DNA of 32,000 nt from Candidatus Aldehydirespiratoraceae bacterium (GTDB lineage: Bacteria; Actinomycetota; Acidimicrobiia; Acidimicrobiales; Aldehydirespiratoraceae). Below are positions 1 to 10,091 of the stretch, piece by piece (the stretch's first letter is position 1; every line of letters begins with the position of its first letter). The notes below the pieces were generated by a model that made no database searches, was not told the origin of the DNA, and saw only the letters and a program-made list of their open reading frames with translations. The stretch spans positions 1,422,100-1,454,099 of the forward strand of contig OZ242337.1 in assembly GCA_965208435.1 (NCBI GenBank), given 5' to 3'. Both the position numbers and the translations under genes were made by a program.

Positions 1-62
1 CACCATCGTCGAAGCCCGCCCCGACCACGCCGAAAACTGATTGTGCTTCGAGTTGAGCGACC

Positions 63-476
63 CTAGACGTATCCGATGGCGTGGGCAGGCGTGAAGCGGG
101 CAATGAGGCGCCGTTCCTCAATCATGGCTCGGCGGTATTCGTCCCAGTCGGAGTGCGTTCCCGCCACCCGTTCGAAATAGGTGACCAGAGCGTCGCTGGT
201 TGCGTCGTCGACGCTGGTGGTGGGCGGCGACAACTCAACCGTGCCGTCGAGGGACACATACGACCATGCCTGCTCGTCGGACACATGCAGCACGGCCCTG
301 GGGTCGCGCCGCAGGTTGGCGGTCTTGGCCCGGCCGTCGGTCACCGAGATGCAGAACACGCCGTCGTCAACGTAATAGACGATGTCAGACGACTGCGGCC
401 GGCCGTCTGAGCGGATGGTGATGAGGACTCCGAGCCTGCGCTCCGAAGCCCAATCGACTGCCTCTGCAAGTTCCAT
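63..476 (-). CDS. PPOX/pyridoxamine 5'-phosphate oxidase-like (F420-dependent-type) oxidoreductase
   Basis: 137 aa ORF; split beta-barrel-like sequence 'RLGVLITIRSDGRPQSSDIVYYVDDGVFCISVTDGRAKTANLRRDPRAVLHV'. Confidence 0.8.
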   Translation of the reverse strand: MELAEAVDWASERRLGVLITIRSDGRPQSSDIVYYVDDGVFCISVTDGRAKTANLRRDPRAVLHVSDEQAWSYVSLDGTVELSPPTTSVDDATSDALVTYFERVAGTHSDWDEYRRAMIEERRLIARFTPAHAIGYV

Positions 477-513
477 GCTGTCGTTTTAGCCCACCAGCAA
501 TCGCACCGCTCAG

Positions 514-1803
514 TCAGGACGGCTTCACGCGCAGTTCAACACGGCGTTCGCGGAGATCGAAGGTGCGCAGCCCGCCGCCACCGATGCCCTCCGCGAGCCA
601 GTGCGGTGATACAGCCTCGGCAGCGGGATCGATGTGCAGATCCCATGAGAGTTCACCGGCCTGAGATGCCCTGCAGCGGGGGTTCACGGCCTGGGCCATG
701 TGCAGGAACCCGTCGAGCCAGTCCAGGGGGCTGCGGCAGACGTCGTCGCTGATGCCCGCGCAGTCGCCGAACTCGATCGAGCCGTGTGAGTCGTCGTGGA
801 TCTGCACGGTGTAGCGCACGTAGTCGTCAACGAGGATCGGGTCCAGTTGCAGCACCTTGCCGATCGTGTCCATGCCGTCACCGGTGATCGCCATCGCCTC
901 ACAGAGGCGTTCGACCATCACCGGAGCCATCGCTGCGCGGTGCTGGGGCGCGGCGTCGTCGAGCAGTTCGGGGCTGAAGTTCTCATCGATCGAGAAGTAG
1001 GCCGCCCGCATCAGCAGGTGAACGTCGAGAGCGAACTCCTTGGCCTGGCGCACCAGCACAGCGTGAGACAGGTCTTCGAGGCGGAAGTCGGGGCGGAACG
1101 GACCCGAGTAGTCGTCCATGCCGCCAGCCTCGAGCGACTCACCGAGCTCGAACTCGAAATCGGCTGCGGCCGACTGCCGAACCACTGCCAGCGACGACTC
1201 GCGCGCGCGCGGCCCGGCCTCCTCGTCGACGATCCGGACCTCCCAGCGGCAGTGGTCACCGGTGAACTCGTCGGGTTTCGGCGGCCGATGCACCGGGATC
1301 GCCCGCAATCTCGGGTTGGTCGCTCCCAGGGTCGCGTCGAAGGTCCGGTCCTCCATGTGGTGGCACATGTTGGTGACGAGCTGCTCGTCGTTGGCTGTCA
1401 GCTCACGCAGATAGTGGTGTGCGCCGCAGAAGGGCAGCCAGAAGTAGCCGAGGTCGTGGTCGACCTCCTCGAAGTGGAAGTCCAGAAAGTGATGCGGGGC
1501 ACCGACATCGAACTGGAAGCCCTTGAACGCCTCCCCCACACCGTCGCCGTCAACGTTCAAGTTCTTCTTGTTGCGCTCGGTGTAGACCGGGCTCGACCCC
1601 ATCCATTCGCTGTCGGCCTGCTTGATCGTGGCGTCCTGTCCGACCGCGAGCGCGACATGGGGCATGAGCGCCCGATCGTGGTACATGGAGACGACCATGT
1701 ACTCCCTGCAGAGCCGCGCGAGGGCCCTGCGGGTCAGCCGTTCGAGCGACCAGTCCGGGTCGAAGGGGCCCGCGTAGTCTTCGGTGAGTGCGCCGTCAGT
1801 CAT
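514..1803 (-). CDS. hypothetical protein with internal duplication (two 'DY[AS]GPFxPDxxLExL' modules)
   Basis: 429 aa ORF with high-GC coding character; motifs DYAGPFDPDWSLERLTRRAL and DYSGPFRPDFRLEDLSHAVL in the two halves. Confidence 0.75.
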   Translation of the reverse strand: MTDGALTEDYAGPFDPDWSLERLTRRALARLCREYMVVSMYHDRALMPHVALAVGQDATIKQADSEWMGSSPVYTERNKKNLNVDGDGVGEAFKGFQFDVGAPHHFLDFHFEEVDHDLGYFWLPFCGAHHYLRELTANDEQLVTNMCHHMEDRTFDATLGATNPRLRAIPVHRPPKPDEFTGDHCRWEVRIVDEEAGPRARESSLAVVRQSAAADFEFELGESLEAGGMDDYSGPFRPDFRLEDLSHAVLVRQAKEFALDVHLLMRAAYFSIDENFSPELLDDAAPQHRAAMAPVMVERLCEAMAITGDGMDTIGKVLQLDPILVDDYVRYTVQIHDDSHGSIEFGDCAGISDDVCRSPLDWLDGFLHMAQAVNPRCRASQAGELSWDLHIDPAAEAVSPHWLAEGIGGGGLRTFDLRERRVELRVKPS

Positions 1804-1922
1804 CGTTGCTGCTTCTTCCGGTGCCGCATCGCATCAACACTGATTATCACGATCAACAGATCAAAACACCACTTCAACCGGTGTGCTCCGAAGGGCGTAT
1901 ATAAGATCAGCAACGGGGAACG

Positions 1923-2816
1923 ATGGAAGACCAACCATTCGCCGGCACGGCCGAACAGGCGATCCTCGTTCAGGCCGCAGGCTCGGCCGCCGGTCTGGGC
2001 GAAGGGCCGTTCGATTTGCTGCGGGTCGGTACGAACAACGTGTACACCAACCACGAAGACCTCGTTGTGGCCCGGGTTGCGCCGATGCACGAGACCGTTG
2101 ACTCCGGCAACGACCGACTGCGGAACATCGAATCGCTGATCGCCACCGGCGCGCCGTTGTTGAGTCCACTCAGCCCCGTCGTTGAACTGGCAGACGGACG
2201 GGTCGTGACTTTCTGGCCGATGGCAGAAACCGGGGAGGGGATATCGCTTCACGACATGGCCGCGCTTGTGGCCGAGTGGCACGGTGTGACTCCCCCGCTG
2301 TCACTGGAGATGTGGACTCCGGGCCATCAGGACGGACGCCGCCAGCGGATGATCGCTGCCGGGATGGAGGCTGATGTCCCTGCGGTGGCCCTCGACTTTC
2401 TGCTCACTGAGATGCACGAATCCCGTGCCGCCCTTGTCGAGCTCTGGGACGAGCTGCCCCACACGCATCCAGTCGTGCCCGTCCACGGAGACCTGTACCC
2501 GGGCAACGTCGTGTTCCGCAACGGTAGACACCTGCTGATCGACTGCGACTTCATGTGCTGCGGTCCGCCCGAGGCCGATCTGGCGCAGATGATCTCGCAC
2601 TACCAGCGCACCACCGACGACGATCCCGAGGACTTCATCGCGGCGTACGGGCTGCCCGTCGACGCCGAGTTCCTGAGGCGTGCCACCCGACTCCGAGAGC
2701 TCGACCACGGCCTCTGGCTGGCCTCGATGTGGAACGTCAGGCTGGAGTCGCAAGAGGAGTTGATGCTGCGAATCGGGCGCTGGGACGACCTCTCGACCCG
2801 CTGGACGACCCTTTGA
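1923..2816 (+). CDS. APH-family phosphotransferase (aminoglycoside/choline kinase-like)
   Basis: 297 aa; catalytic loop 'VPVHGDLYPGNVVF' and 'LLIDCDF'. Confidence 0.8.
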   Translation: MEDQPFAGTAEQAILVQAAGSAAGLGEGPFDLLRVGTNNVYTNHEDLVVARVAPMHETVDSGNDRLRNIESLIATGAPLLSPLSPVVELADGRVVTFWPMAETGEGISLHDMAALVAEWHGVTPPLSLEMWTPGHQDGRRQRMIAAGMEADVPAVALDFLLTEMHESRAALVELWDELPHTHPVVPVHGDLYPGNVVFRNGRHLLIDCDFMCCGPPEADLAQMISHYQRTTDDDPEDFIAAYGLPVDAEFLRRATRLRELDHGLWLASMWNVRLESQEELMLRIGRWDDLSTRWTTL

Positions 2817-2889
2817 TTCAATCTCCTGATTCGACCCGTTCTCGGCACTGGCGTTGGCTAGGTGACCTGGTTGCTGCAAGAGTCCTCAT

Positions 2890-3897
2890 ATGAAATATCG
2901 ACTTATGGGTTCGAGCGGCCTCTGGGTTTCTGAGGTCGCGCTCGGTGCGATGACTTTCGGCAACACCGAGTGGGGTGTTGAAATAGACGAGAGCCGTTCG
3001 GTTTATGAGGGTTTCCGGGAGGCGGGCGGCAATTTCGTCGACACCGCCAACATCTACAGCAGGGGACGCAGCGAGCAGTTCGTCGGAGAGTTCATAGCGG
3101 ACCATCGGGACGAGGTCGTGCTGGCGACCAAATACTCAGCGCCGATGCGTCCCGACGACCTCAACGCCCTGGGGAACAGCCGAAAACACATGATGGAGTC
3201 GGTCCACGCAAGCCTCGAGCGTCTCGGCACCGACTACATCGACCTCTATTGGGTCCACGCCCGCGACCACACGACCATGGCGGAGGAGATCATGCGCGGC
3301 CTCGATGATCTCGTCACCTCGGGGAAGGTCCTCTACGTCGGGATCTCCGATGCGCCGGCCTGGCAGGTGGCCCGCTGCAACACAATCGCCGAGCTGCGCG
3401 GTTGGAGCCGCTTCGTTGGACTGCAGATCAGGTACAGCTTGATCGACCGCGAGGTCGAGCATGAACTGTTGCCCATGGCCGAGGCGCTCGACCTCACGGT
3501 CACGCCGTGGGACACGCTGGGCTCAGGTGTGCTGACCGGAAAATACAACCGTGATGCCGACACCGCGGGCCGGGCGACGCTGCGCGGGCGAATCTCGGAG
3601 CGCGGTCTCAAGATCGCTGCTGAAGTTGTGGCCGTCGCCGACGAACTGGGCTGCTCACCGGCACAGGTCGCGCTCAGCTGGGTTCGTTCTCGCAAGGGCG
3701 TGATCGTTCCGCTGATGGGGGCCAGAACACGGGATCAACTCGACGACAATCTGGGCTGTCTCGACCTCGAGCTGCCCGATGAGGCCTTGACACGGCTGAA
3801 CGAGGTCAGTTCGATTCGCACGCCGTTCCCGCACAACATGTTGGCGCCGTTCCGCAGCATCGGCTCCGGCGAGAGCCACCGGCCGGACCAGCACTGA
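2890..3897 (+). CDS. aldo/keto reductase
   Basis: 335 aa; 'MKYRLMGSSGLWVSEVALGAMTFG', 'DTANIYSRGRSEQFVG', 'YIDLYWVH'. Confidence 0.93.
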   Translation: MKYRLMGSSGLWVSEVALGAMTFGNTEWGVEIDESRSVYEGFREAGGNFVDTANIYSRGRSEQFVGEFIADHRDEVVLATKYSAPMRPDDLNALGNSRKHMMESVHASLERLGTDYIDLYWVHARDHTTMAEEIMRGLDDLVTSGKVLYVGISDAPAWQVARCNTIAELRGWSRFVGLQIRYSLIDREVEHELLPMAEALDLTVTPWDTLGSGVLTGKYNRDADTAGRATLRGRISERGLKIAAEVVAVADELGCSPAQVALSWVRSRKGVIVPLMGARTRDQLDDNLGCLDLELPDEALTRLNEVSSIRTPFPHNMLAPFRSIGSGESHRPDQH

Positions 3898-3918
3898 GGA
3901 TTCTTCAGGTTCGGGGTT

Positions 3919-4296
3919 TCATGAGCGCTTCTTGTAGATCGTGAAGCTCTCCTTGAACGGCACCAGATCGCGGCGGTACTGGCGGTGCACCTCGTCCACG
4001 GTAGCCGATGCGTCGGTCTGCACCTGTTGCAAAGCGGCTTCCAACTGAGCGATCCGTGCTTCGAGTTGGAGGACGCGTTTCACACCCGCGAGGTTCAAGC
4101 CTTCGTCGGTCAGATCGGATATTCGCTGCAGCAGGGCGATGTCGGCGTCGCTGTAACGGCGGCTGCCTCCTCCGGTGCGCGCCGGATCGACGAGCCCCTT
4201 GCGCTCATAGATCCGCAGGGTCTGTGGGTGCACTCCGGCAAGCTCCGCAGCAACAGAGATCACATACACCGCTCGATGGAATCGTTCCTGGTCCAT
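3919..4296 (-). CDS. hspR: HspR-type MerR-family heat shock repressor
   Basis: 125 aa; 'YVISVAAELAGVHPQTLRIYERKGLVDPARTGGGSRRYSDADIALLQRI', directly downstream of dnaJ. Confidence 0.9.
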   Translation of the reverse strand: MDQERFHRAVYVISVAAELAGVHPQTLRIYERKGLVDPARTGGGSRRYSDADIALLQRISDLTDEGLNLAGVKRVLQLEARIAQLEAALQQVQTDASATVDEVHRQYRRDLVPFKESFTIYKKRS

Positions 4297-4317
4297 GGTT
4301 GTGTCTCCTCTCGTTTC

Positions 4318-5430
4318 TCACAGGCCCAGATGGGCCCGCGGTGATTCGGTCGTGGCCTTTGCGAACGCCTCCACTGCCCGGCGTTGCTCCCTGCTTAGTT
4401 CTTGGGGCACGGCGACGGCGACAGTGACAAGCAGATCGCCCGCTCCGCCCCTGCCCTTGAGCCGAAACGTCTTGCCGGACACGGTGCCCGGGGGAATCCG
4501 TATCTTCACGGCCTCGCCGTTGAGTGTGGGTACCTTCACTTTCGCACCGAGGGTCGCCTCGGCAAAGGTGATCGGCACCTCGAGGGTGAGGTCCCTGCCG
4601 GACCTGCCGAACATCTCGTGGGGCTCGACCGTGACATGCACGAACAGGTCACCGGGGGGACCGCCTCCGTGTCCGGGGCCTCCGCGTTGTTTGAGCCGAA
4701 TCTTCTGGCCGGTCTTGACCCCCGCCGGAATTCGTACCTTGACCTCCCGGGGACGTACCTCCACACCTGACCCGCGACAGTTCGTGCACGGCGAGGTGAT
4801 CACCGATCCCCGACCACCGCAGCTCTGGCAGGGCCGACTGAACGAGAACAGTCCCTGGTTCTCGTCGTGCACGCCCCTTCCGTCGCACGACTCGCATTTG
4901 CTCGGCGCCGTCCCGGGCGCTGAGCCCCTGCCGTCGCAACCCGAGCATGCCGCCTCGCTGGTCAGGGTGATGGTGGTCTCGAGTCCGTTGACCGCATCGT
5001 CGAATTCCAGCGTCAAGTCCACTTCTATATCGTTGCCCCGCTGCCCGCGGGCCGGCCCCGGTTGGCCGCGCCCGCGGCCGCCCCGGTTGAACAGGCCTCC
5101 GAGCAGGTCGCCGATGTCGTCCATCCCGACGTTGAAGTGGCCCGTGCCGGGACCCGGGCCACCAGCGCCTCCGAACATCGGGCCGATCGGGCCCATCTTG
5201 CGGACTTCGTCGTATTTGGCGCGCTTGTCGTCGTCGCCGATCACGTCGTAGGCGGCCGAGACCTCCTTGAACCGTTCCTCGGCGCGTGCGTCACCAGGGT
5301 TGGAGTCCGGGTGAAGCTCGCGGGCGAGCTTGCGGTACCTGCTCTTGACGTCCTTGGAGGATGCGCTTTCGGTGACGCCGAGGATCGCGTAGTAGTCCTT
5401 CTCGAACCACTCCTTTTCGTATTCAGTCAC
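4318..5430 (-). CDS. dnaJ: chaperone DnaJ
   Basis: 370 aa; J domain 'DYYAILGVTESASSKDVKSRYRKLARELHPD', four CxxCxGxG zinc motifs. Confidence 0.96.
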   Translation of the reverse strand: MTEYEKEWFEKDYYAILGVTESASSKDVKSRYRKLARELHPDSNPGDARAEERFKEVSAAYDVIGDDDKRAKYDEVRKMGPIGPMFGGAGGPGPGTGHFNVGMDDIGDLLGGLFNRGGRGRGQPGPARGQRGNDIEVDLTLEFDDAVNGLETTITLTSEAACSGCDGRGSAPGTAPSKCESCDGRGVHDENQGLFSFSRPCQSCGGRGSVITSPCTNCRGSGVEVRPREVKVRIPAGVKTGQKIRLKQRGGPGHGGGPPGDLFVHVTVEPHEMFGRSGRDLTLEVPITFAEATLGAKVKVPTLNGEAVKIRIPPGTVSGKTFRLKGRGGAGDLLVTVAVAVPQELSREQRRAVEAFAKATTESPRAHLGL

Positions 5431-5451
5431 CAGATCACCTCCTCAATTCAC

Positions 5452-6090
5452 CTATCCCTTCACCCTGACCATGGCGGCACGCAACACCCTGCCATTGAAG
5501 GCGTAGCCGGTGCGCAGCACTTCGGAGACCATGGGCTCGGTCTGGTCTTCGTCGCCTGGTTCGCTCATGGCGGCCTCGTGCCGGTTGGGGTCGAACGGTT
5601 CGGTCTGGTCGATGATCTCCAGCCCCTGGGCCTCGAGCACGCTGCGGAGTTGGGCCGTTATCGGTTCAACACCTTCAACTTGCTGCACGGCCGCGGCGTC
5701 ACAGGCATCGAGTACCGGCAGGATCGCCTGCATCACCCGGGCAGCGGCCTGTCGAAGGGTCTGCGCGTTGCGCTTCTCCGTCTGCTTGCGGAAATTGGCG
5801 AATTCAGCGGTGACTCTCTGCAGGTCGTTGAGATGCTGGTCGCGTTCTGCGGTGAGCAGTTCCAGCGCGGTCGGTTCCCTCGGTGCCGGTTCCGTCTCGG
5901 ACCCAGCCTCAGCGGACCGGGCTTCGGGTTCACCTACCGATCCTCTGTCGGGCTCAGCGTCGGGCTCAGCGCCGCCCGGTCCGTCGAGCGCGGCGCCAAC
6001 CGCGGCGTCAACCGAGGGGGCTTCATCGGTCACCGGTTGTTCCCCGCTGGAGTCCTCGGCAGAGGAGTCGGGCTTGTCGATACCGCTCAC
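5452..6090 (-). CDS. grpE: nucleotide exchange factor GrpE
   Basis: 212 aa; '[21 protein letters not shown]', '[28 protein letters not shown]'; overlaps the dnaK stop by 4 bp. Confidence 0.93.
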   Translation of the reverse strand: MSGIDKPDSSAEDSSGEQPVTDEAPSVDAAVGAALDGPGGAEPDAEPDRGSVGEPEARSAEAGSETEPAPREPTALELLTAERDQHLNDLQRVTAEFANFRKQTEKRNAQTLRQAAARVMQAILPVLDACDAAAVQQVEGVEPITAQLRSVLEAQGLEIIDQTEPFDPNRHEAAMSEPGDEDQTEPMVSEVLRTGYAFNGRVLRAAMVRVKG

Positions 6091-7928
6091 GATGCCTGGC
6101 TGTCGGAGTCGTCCTCGTCGATGATCTCGGCGTCGACAACCTCGTCGTCGTCGGGGGTCGACGCGGCCGCCGCAGACTCGCGTTCCGCCTGCGCGGCTGC
6201 CTCGTAGAGGCGCTGGCCGAACTCCTGGCTCGCGGTCATCAATGCCTCGGTAGCGGTCTTGATGGCCTCGACGTCGCTGCCTTCCAACGCTGTGCGCACC
6301 TCGGCCAGTTTCTCCTCGATGGTCGCCTTCTCGTCGTCGCTGACCGCGTCGGCCTGGTCGGAGAGCAGCTTCTCAGTCTGGTAGACGAGGGTGTCGGCGG
6401 TATTGCGGACCTCGGCTTCCTCCTTGCGCTTGCGGTCCTCCTCGGCATGCAGCTCAGCGTCCTTGACCATCTGGTCGATGGAGTCCTTGTCGAGCGAGCT
6501 CTGTCCGGTGATGGTCATCGACTGCTCTTTGTTGGTGGCCTTGTCCTTGGCGCTCACATGCACGATGCCGTTGGCGTCGATGTCGAACACGACCTCGATC
6601 TGGGGAAGGCCGCGCGGGGCGGGCGGGAGGTCGACGAGTTGGAACTTGCCGAGCGTCTTGTTGTAGGCGGCCATTTCCCGCTCGCCCTGCAACACGTGGA
6701 TCTCGACCGACGGCTGGTTGTCGTCGGCGGTCGTGAAGATCTCGCTCTTGCGGGTCGGGATGGTGGTGTTGCGCTCGATCAGGGTGGTCATCACCCCGCC
6801 CTTGGTCTCGATGCCGAGCGACAGCGGCGTCACATCGAGCAGCAGCACGTCCTTGACCTCGCCTTTCAGCACGCCTGCCTGGACGGCCGCGCCGATCGCC
6901 ACGACTTCGTCGGGGTTCACGGTCTTGTTCGGTTCTTTGCCGGTCATCTCCATGACCAGTTCGGCCACCGCTGGCATCCGAGTCGATCCACCGACGAGCA
7001 CGACATGGTCGATTGCCCCCTTGGTGAGTCCGGCGTCCTTGATGGCGGCTTCGAACGGGCCGCGGCAGCGGTCGAGCAGGTCGGAGGTGAGGTCGCGGAA
7101 CTTGGCCCGGGTCAGCTCGTAGTCGAGATGCAGCGGACCTGCGTCGGTTGCGGTGATGAAGGGAAGGTTGATCTGCGTCGACTGGGTCTGCGACAGTTCG
7201 ATCTTGGCCTTCTCGGCAGCTTCCTTGAGTCGCTGAGCGGCCATCGGGTCCTTGGTCAGATCGACGCCATGGTCGCCCTTGAACGACTTGGCGAGCCATT
7301 CGATCACAGCATCGTCCCAGTCGTCGCCGCCGAGCTGGGTGTCGCCGGAGGTGGACTTGACTTCGAATACTCCGTCGCCGAGTTCGAGCACCGACACGTC
7401 GAAGGTGCCGCCGCCGAGGTCGAACACGAGGATGGTCTGGTCCGACTCCTCCTTGTCGAGACCGTACGCCAACGCAGCAGCGGTCGGTTCGTTGATGATC
7501 CGCAGGACTTCGAGCCCGGCGATCCGGCCGGCTTCGGTGGTGGCCGTTCGTTGTGCGTCGTCGAAGTAGGCGGGAACCGTGACCACGGCCTGGGTGACGG
7601 TGTCGCCGAGGTACTCCTCAGCGTCACGCTTGAGTTTCATCAGGACACGGGCCGAGATCTCCTGGGACGTGTACGCCTTGGAGTCGATGTCGACCTTCCA
7701 GTCGGTGCCGACATGGCGCTTGACTGAGCGGATGGTGCGCTCGGGGTTCGTGATCGCCTGACGCTTGGCCACTTCGCCGACGAGAACCTCGCCGTCCTTG
7801 GCGAAGGCGACGACGGAGGGGGTGGTGCGTGAGCCTTCCGCGTTGGGGACGACGACGGGGTCGCCGCCCTCCAGCACGGAGACGACGGAGTTGGTGGTGC
7901 CGAGATCGATACCTACGGCCTTGGGCAT
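6087..7928 (-). CDS. dnaK: molecular chaperone DnaK
   Basis: 613 aa; '[30 protein letters not shown]', '[22 protein letters not shown]'. Confidence 0.97.
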   Translation of the reverse strand: MPKAVGIDLGTTNSVVSVLEGGDPVVVPNAEGSRTTPSVVAFAKDGEVLVGEVAKRQAITNPERTIRSVKRHVGTDWKVDIDSKAYTSQEISARVLMKLKRDAEEYLGDTVTQAVVTVPAYFDDAQRTATTEAGRIAGLEVLRIINEPTAAALAYGLDKEESDQTILVFDLGGGTFDVSVLELGDGVFEVKSTSGDTQLGGDDWDDAVIEWLAKSFKGDHGVDLTKDPMAAQRLKEAAEKAKIELSQTQSTQINLPFITATDAGPLHLDYELTRAKFRDLTSDLLDRCRGPFEAAIKDAGLTKGAIDHVVLVGGSTRMPAVAELVMEMTGKEPNKTVNPDEVVAIGAAVQAGVLKGEVKDVLLLDVTPLSLGIETKGGVMTTLIERNTTIPTRKSEIFTTADDNQPSVEIHVLQGEREMAAYNKTLGKFQLVDLPPAPRGLPQIEVVFDIDANGIVHVSAKDKATNKEQSMTITGQSSLDKDSIDQMVKDAELHAEEDRKRKEEAEVRNTADTLVYQTEKLLSDQADAVSDDEKATIEEKLAEVRTALEGSDVEAIKTATEALMTASQEFGQRLYEAAAQAERESAAAASTPDDDEVVDAEIIDEDDSDSQAS

Positions 7929-7950
7929 GCTCTGCTCTCTACTTTCGCTG

Positions 7951-8030
7951 CGGACGGTGCCGCAGATCCGCGGACACCGTCAGGGTGGGTTTCGGGTCGG
8001 ACGGCGCCGCAGATCCGCGGACACCGTCAG
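7951..8030. repeat. two direct copies of a 33-nt hairpin-forming unit upstream of dnaK
   Basis: cggacgg[t/c]gccgcagatccgcggacaccgtcag at 7951-7983 and 7998-8030 (one mismatch, 47-nt period); first copy contains GACGGTG-CCGC...GCGG-a-CACCGTC. Confidence 0.85.
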
Positions 8031-8051
8031 AGTGTGAATCTTGCTAGAATG

Positions 8052-8068
8052 CAAGTGTACAGTACTTG
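8052..8068. promoter_or_regulatory. inverted repeat CAAGT-N7-ACTTG upstream of dnaK (possible operator)
   Basis: CAAGTGTACAGTACTTG; perfect 5-bp arms with 7-nt spacer, about 125 nt upstream of the dnaK start. Confidence 0.35.
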
Positions 8069-8231
8069 AATCTGTTTACACCCAAAAAGTTGAGTCTAAT
8101 ATTGTCAACTATGGTGGTGATCTGACGACAGAGGTCCCGACGACGGCCACCACCGTCAACGGGGCACGCAGCCGGACTCTCCGTCCGCCGCGGGAGGAGT
8201 CGTGGAACAGGCGTCGGGCGGCGCTGCTCGA

Positions 8232-9347
8232 TCACCGGTCGATGGTGTTGGTCCCACTTGGAGTGCGACCCGCCGAACAACCCTCAAGTTCAACATCGGT
8301 TGGTGCCGGGAATGGCCCGTCGACCAGGTCACCGCACAATTCGGTCACAACCCCGGCCGCATACGCAGACCCATCGAAAGGCGTGTCGTAGCCGGCATAG
8401 TCTTGCACGTACTGCAGGATGTACGTTCCGTTCTCGTCAGATGGATTCTTGTGATCCACCAGAAGTTCCACAACACCGGCCGCGCCACGCAAGTGAGCCC
8501 CTGCCAACAAGCCTGAGAGCGTGACCTCAACCTTGTTCGAACGACCTCCCGGCGGAGGACTGACAGACGGATCCAACTGATCCCACGACACATACATACC
8601 CAGATAGTCTTTGAGCGTTTTTCCCTTAGCTTTCAACCCCGCCACAATACCATTGTATTTATTTGTGAAGTGATCCTTGATTACAAGAATGTGCTTGTCA
8701 GGATTCGTGAAATCAACATAACCATTTATCCCATTCTTGCCAGTAAAATTTGAATCATAAAAGGCGACCGTATCGGTAGCTAAAGTCGGCACCTCGACAA
8801 CAGGCGGATACACCAATGTGGAACGTACACCATTGGCCCAGGTATTGTTAGGAAGGTCGACGTAGTGTGACGGGTAGAATTTGTCTCCAACCTCAAACTC
8901 AGGAAACTTGTAATAACCTGTATCTACGAGGTCTGACTCTTGAAACTGGAATCCAACAAATCCCAGATAGTTAATAACATTTGATTGAATCAACTTCCAG
9001 TCTGGGTTCGTATCATTCGGATCATAGAGTTTACTGATACCAATTGTTTCAAACAATTCTTTGATTGTAACCGAACTACGTTGTACTGGATTGCCGTCAA
9101 GATCACGTACAACGCGCCCGGGATAGTTGACTTCTGGGTATGATTCAACCGGGTTGTTCCAGTTCTTATTATAGTAGCCCTGCTGAGAAGGATCGATATC
9201 AGATTCATATGCCCAAAGTACATCAATAAAGTCATCGTACGACTTTGTTTGTACATCACCTACAGTTGATTCAGCTCCGACTGCAGGAATCGAGCTTCCT
9301 ATCAAGCTTAGAATCAGCGCAACAATGCTGAACGAATAAATCTTCAT
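8232..9347 (-). CDS. secreted hypothetical protein with anomalously low-GC 5' part
   Basis: 371 aa; N-terminal signal peptide 'MKIYSFSIVALILSLIGSSIPAVGAES'; region ~8590-9347 is much more AT-rich than all neighbours. Confidence 0.75.
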   Translation of the reverse strand: MKIYSFSIVALILSLIGSSIPAVGAESTVGDVQTKSYDDFIDVLWAYESDIDPSQQGYYNKNWNNPVESYPEVNYPGRVVRDLDGNPVQRSSVTIKELFETIGISKLYDPNDTNPDWKLIQSNVINYLGFVGFQFQESDLVDTGYYKFPEFEVGDKFYPSHYVDLPNNTWANGVRSTLVYPPVVEVPTLATDTVAFYDSNFTGKNGINGYVDFTNPDKHILVIKDHFTNKYNGIVAGLKAKGKTLKDYLGMYVSWDQLDPSVSPPPGGRSNKVEVTLSGLLAGAHLRGAAGVVELLVDHKNPSDENGTYILQYVQDYAGYDTPFDGSAYAAGVVTELCGDLVDGPFPAPTDVELEGCSAGRTPSGTNTIDR

Positions 9348-9353
9348 GGGTCT

Positions 9354-10091
9354 TCATTCTCCTCTATTTGTTAATTGTTGAGACGCTAATGGGTCCAACA
9401 CGACCGTGACATTGGTGTGGAGTTGAATGGCTGAAGCAGGTACGGCATCGGAGATCGGACCCTCGACAGTTCGTGCTACGGCACTGGCCTTGCCCGCTCC
9501 GCAGGCCACAAGCAGCAGTTCGGACGCGGCAAGGATCGTGGCGATGCCCTGAGTCATTGCTCGGGTCGGGACAGAGTGCCCGGCCACAAAGAAGCGGGCG
9601 TTGTCCTCCCGGGTCTGCTCGCTCAGTTCAATGACTCGTGTGATGCTGTCGAACGGTGTGCCCGGCTCGTTGAAGGCGATATGGCCATTCGTTCCGATCC
9701 CGAGGATCTGCAGACCGATCGAAGCAGCCCGCACCTCCTGTTCGTAGCGTACGCACTCCGCTGTCAGATCCTGGGCCTGGGTGTTCGGACCATGCAGAGA
9801 GCCACTGCGCAGATCAACGTGTTGCGCGAACAGGCGGTGGACGACAGACCAGTAAGCATTGGGGTCGTACCGTTCCAATCCGACGTATTCGTCGAGCAGG
9901 TAGGCGTCAACGGGACGAAAGCTCAAACCCTGCCGTCGGTGACGACTCACGAGTTCGGCAAAAAGACCTTCCATCGTTTCACCGGTGGCGAGCCCCAATG
10001 CCGGCGACTCTGAGGTGGAGACGAATCGTTCGACGACACCCGCTGCTTCTCGTCCGACGCTGTCGGGGTCGTTGCAGACGATGATCCTCAT
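9354..10091 (-). CDS. nagB: glucosamine-6-phosphate deaminase
   Basis: 245 aa; 'ALGLATGETMEGLFAELV', 'LDEYVGL', 'LGIGTNGHIAFNEPGTPFDS'. Confidence 0.9.
   Translation of the reverse strand: MRIIVCNDPDSVGREAAGVVERFVSTSESPALGLATGETMEGLFAELVSRHRRQGLSFRPVDAYLLDEYVGLERYDPNAYWSVVHRLFAQHVDLRSGSLHGPNTQAQDLTAECVRYEQEVRAASIGLQILGIGTNGHIAFNEPGTPFDSITRVIELSEQTREDNARFFVAGHSVPTRAMTQGIATILAASELLLVACGAGKASAVARTVEGPISDAVPASAIQLHTNVTVVLDPLASQQLTNRGE

Noticed and set aside
1-40. Possible 3' end of a + strand CDS (...TIVEARPDHAEN*)
   Set aside because: Only 12 codons visible before a TGA at 38-40; insufficient to support a call
796-2139. 447-aa + strand ORF
   Set aside because: Antisense to the 514-1803 gene and running into the phosphotransferase in another frame; no recognisable motifs
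5883-7727. 614-aa + strand ORF opposite dnaK
   Set aside because: Antisense shadow ORF in high-GC DNA; the minus strand clearly encodes DnaK/GrpE
8052-8096. Canonical HAIR or CIRCE element upstream of dnaK
   Set aside because: Neither CTTGAGT-N7-ACTCAAG nor TTAGCACTC-N9-GAGTGCTAA is present; only partial matches (CTTGAATC, GTTGAGTC) and the CAAGT-N7-ACTTG palindrome
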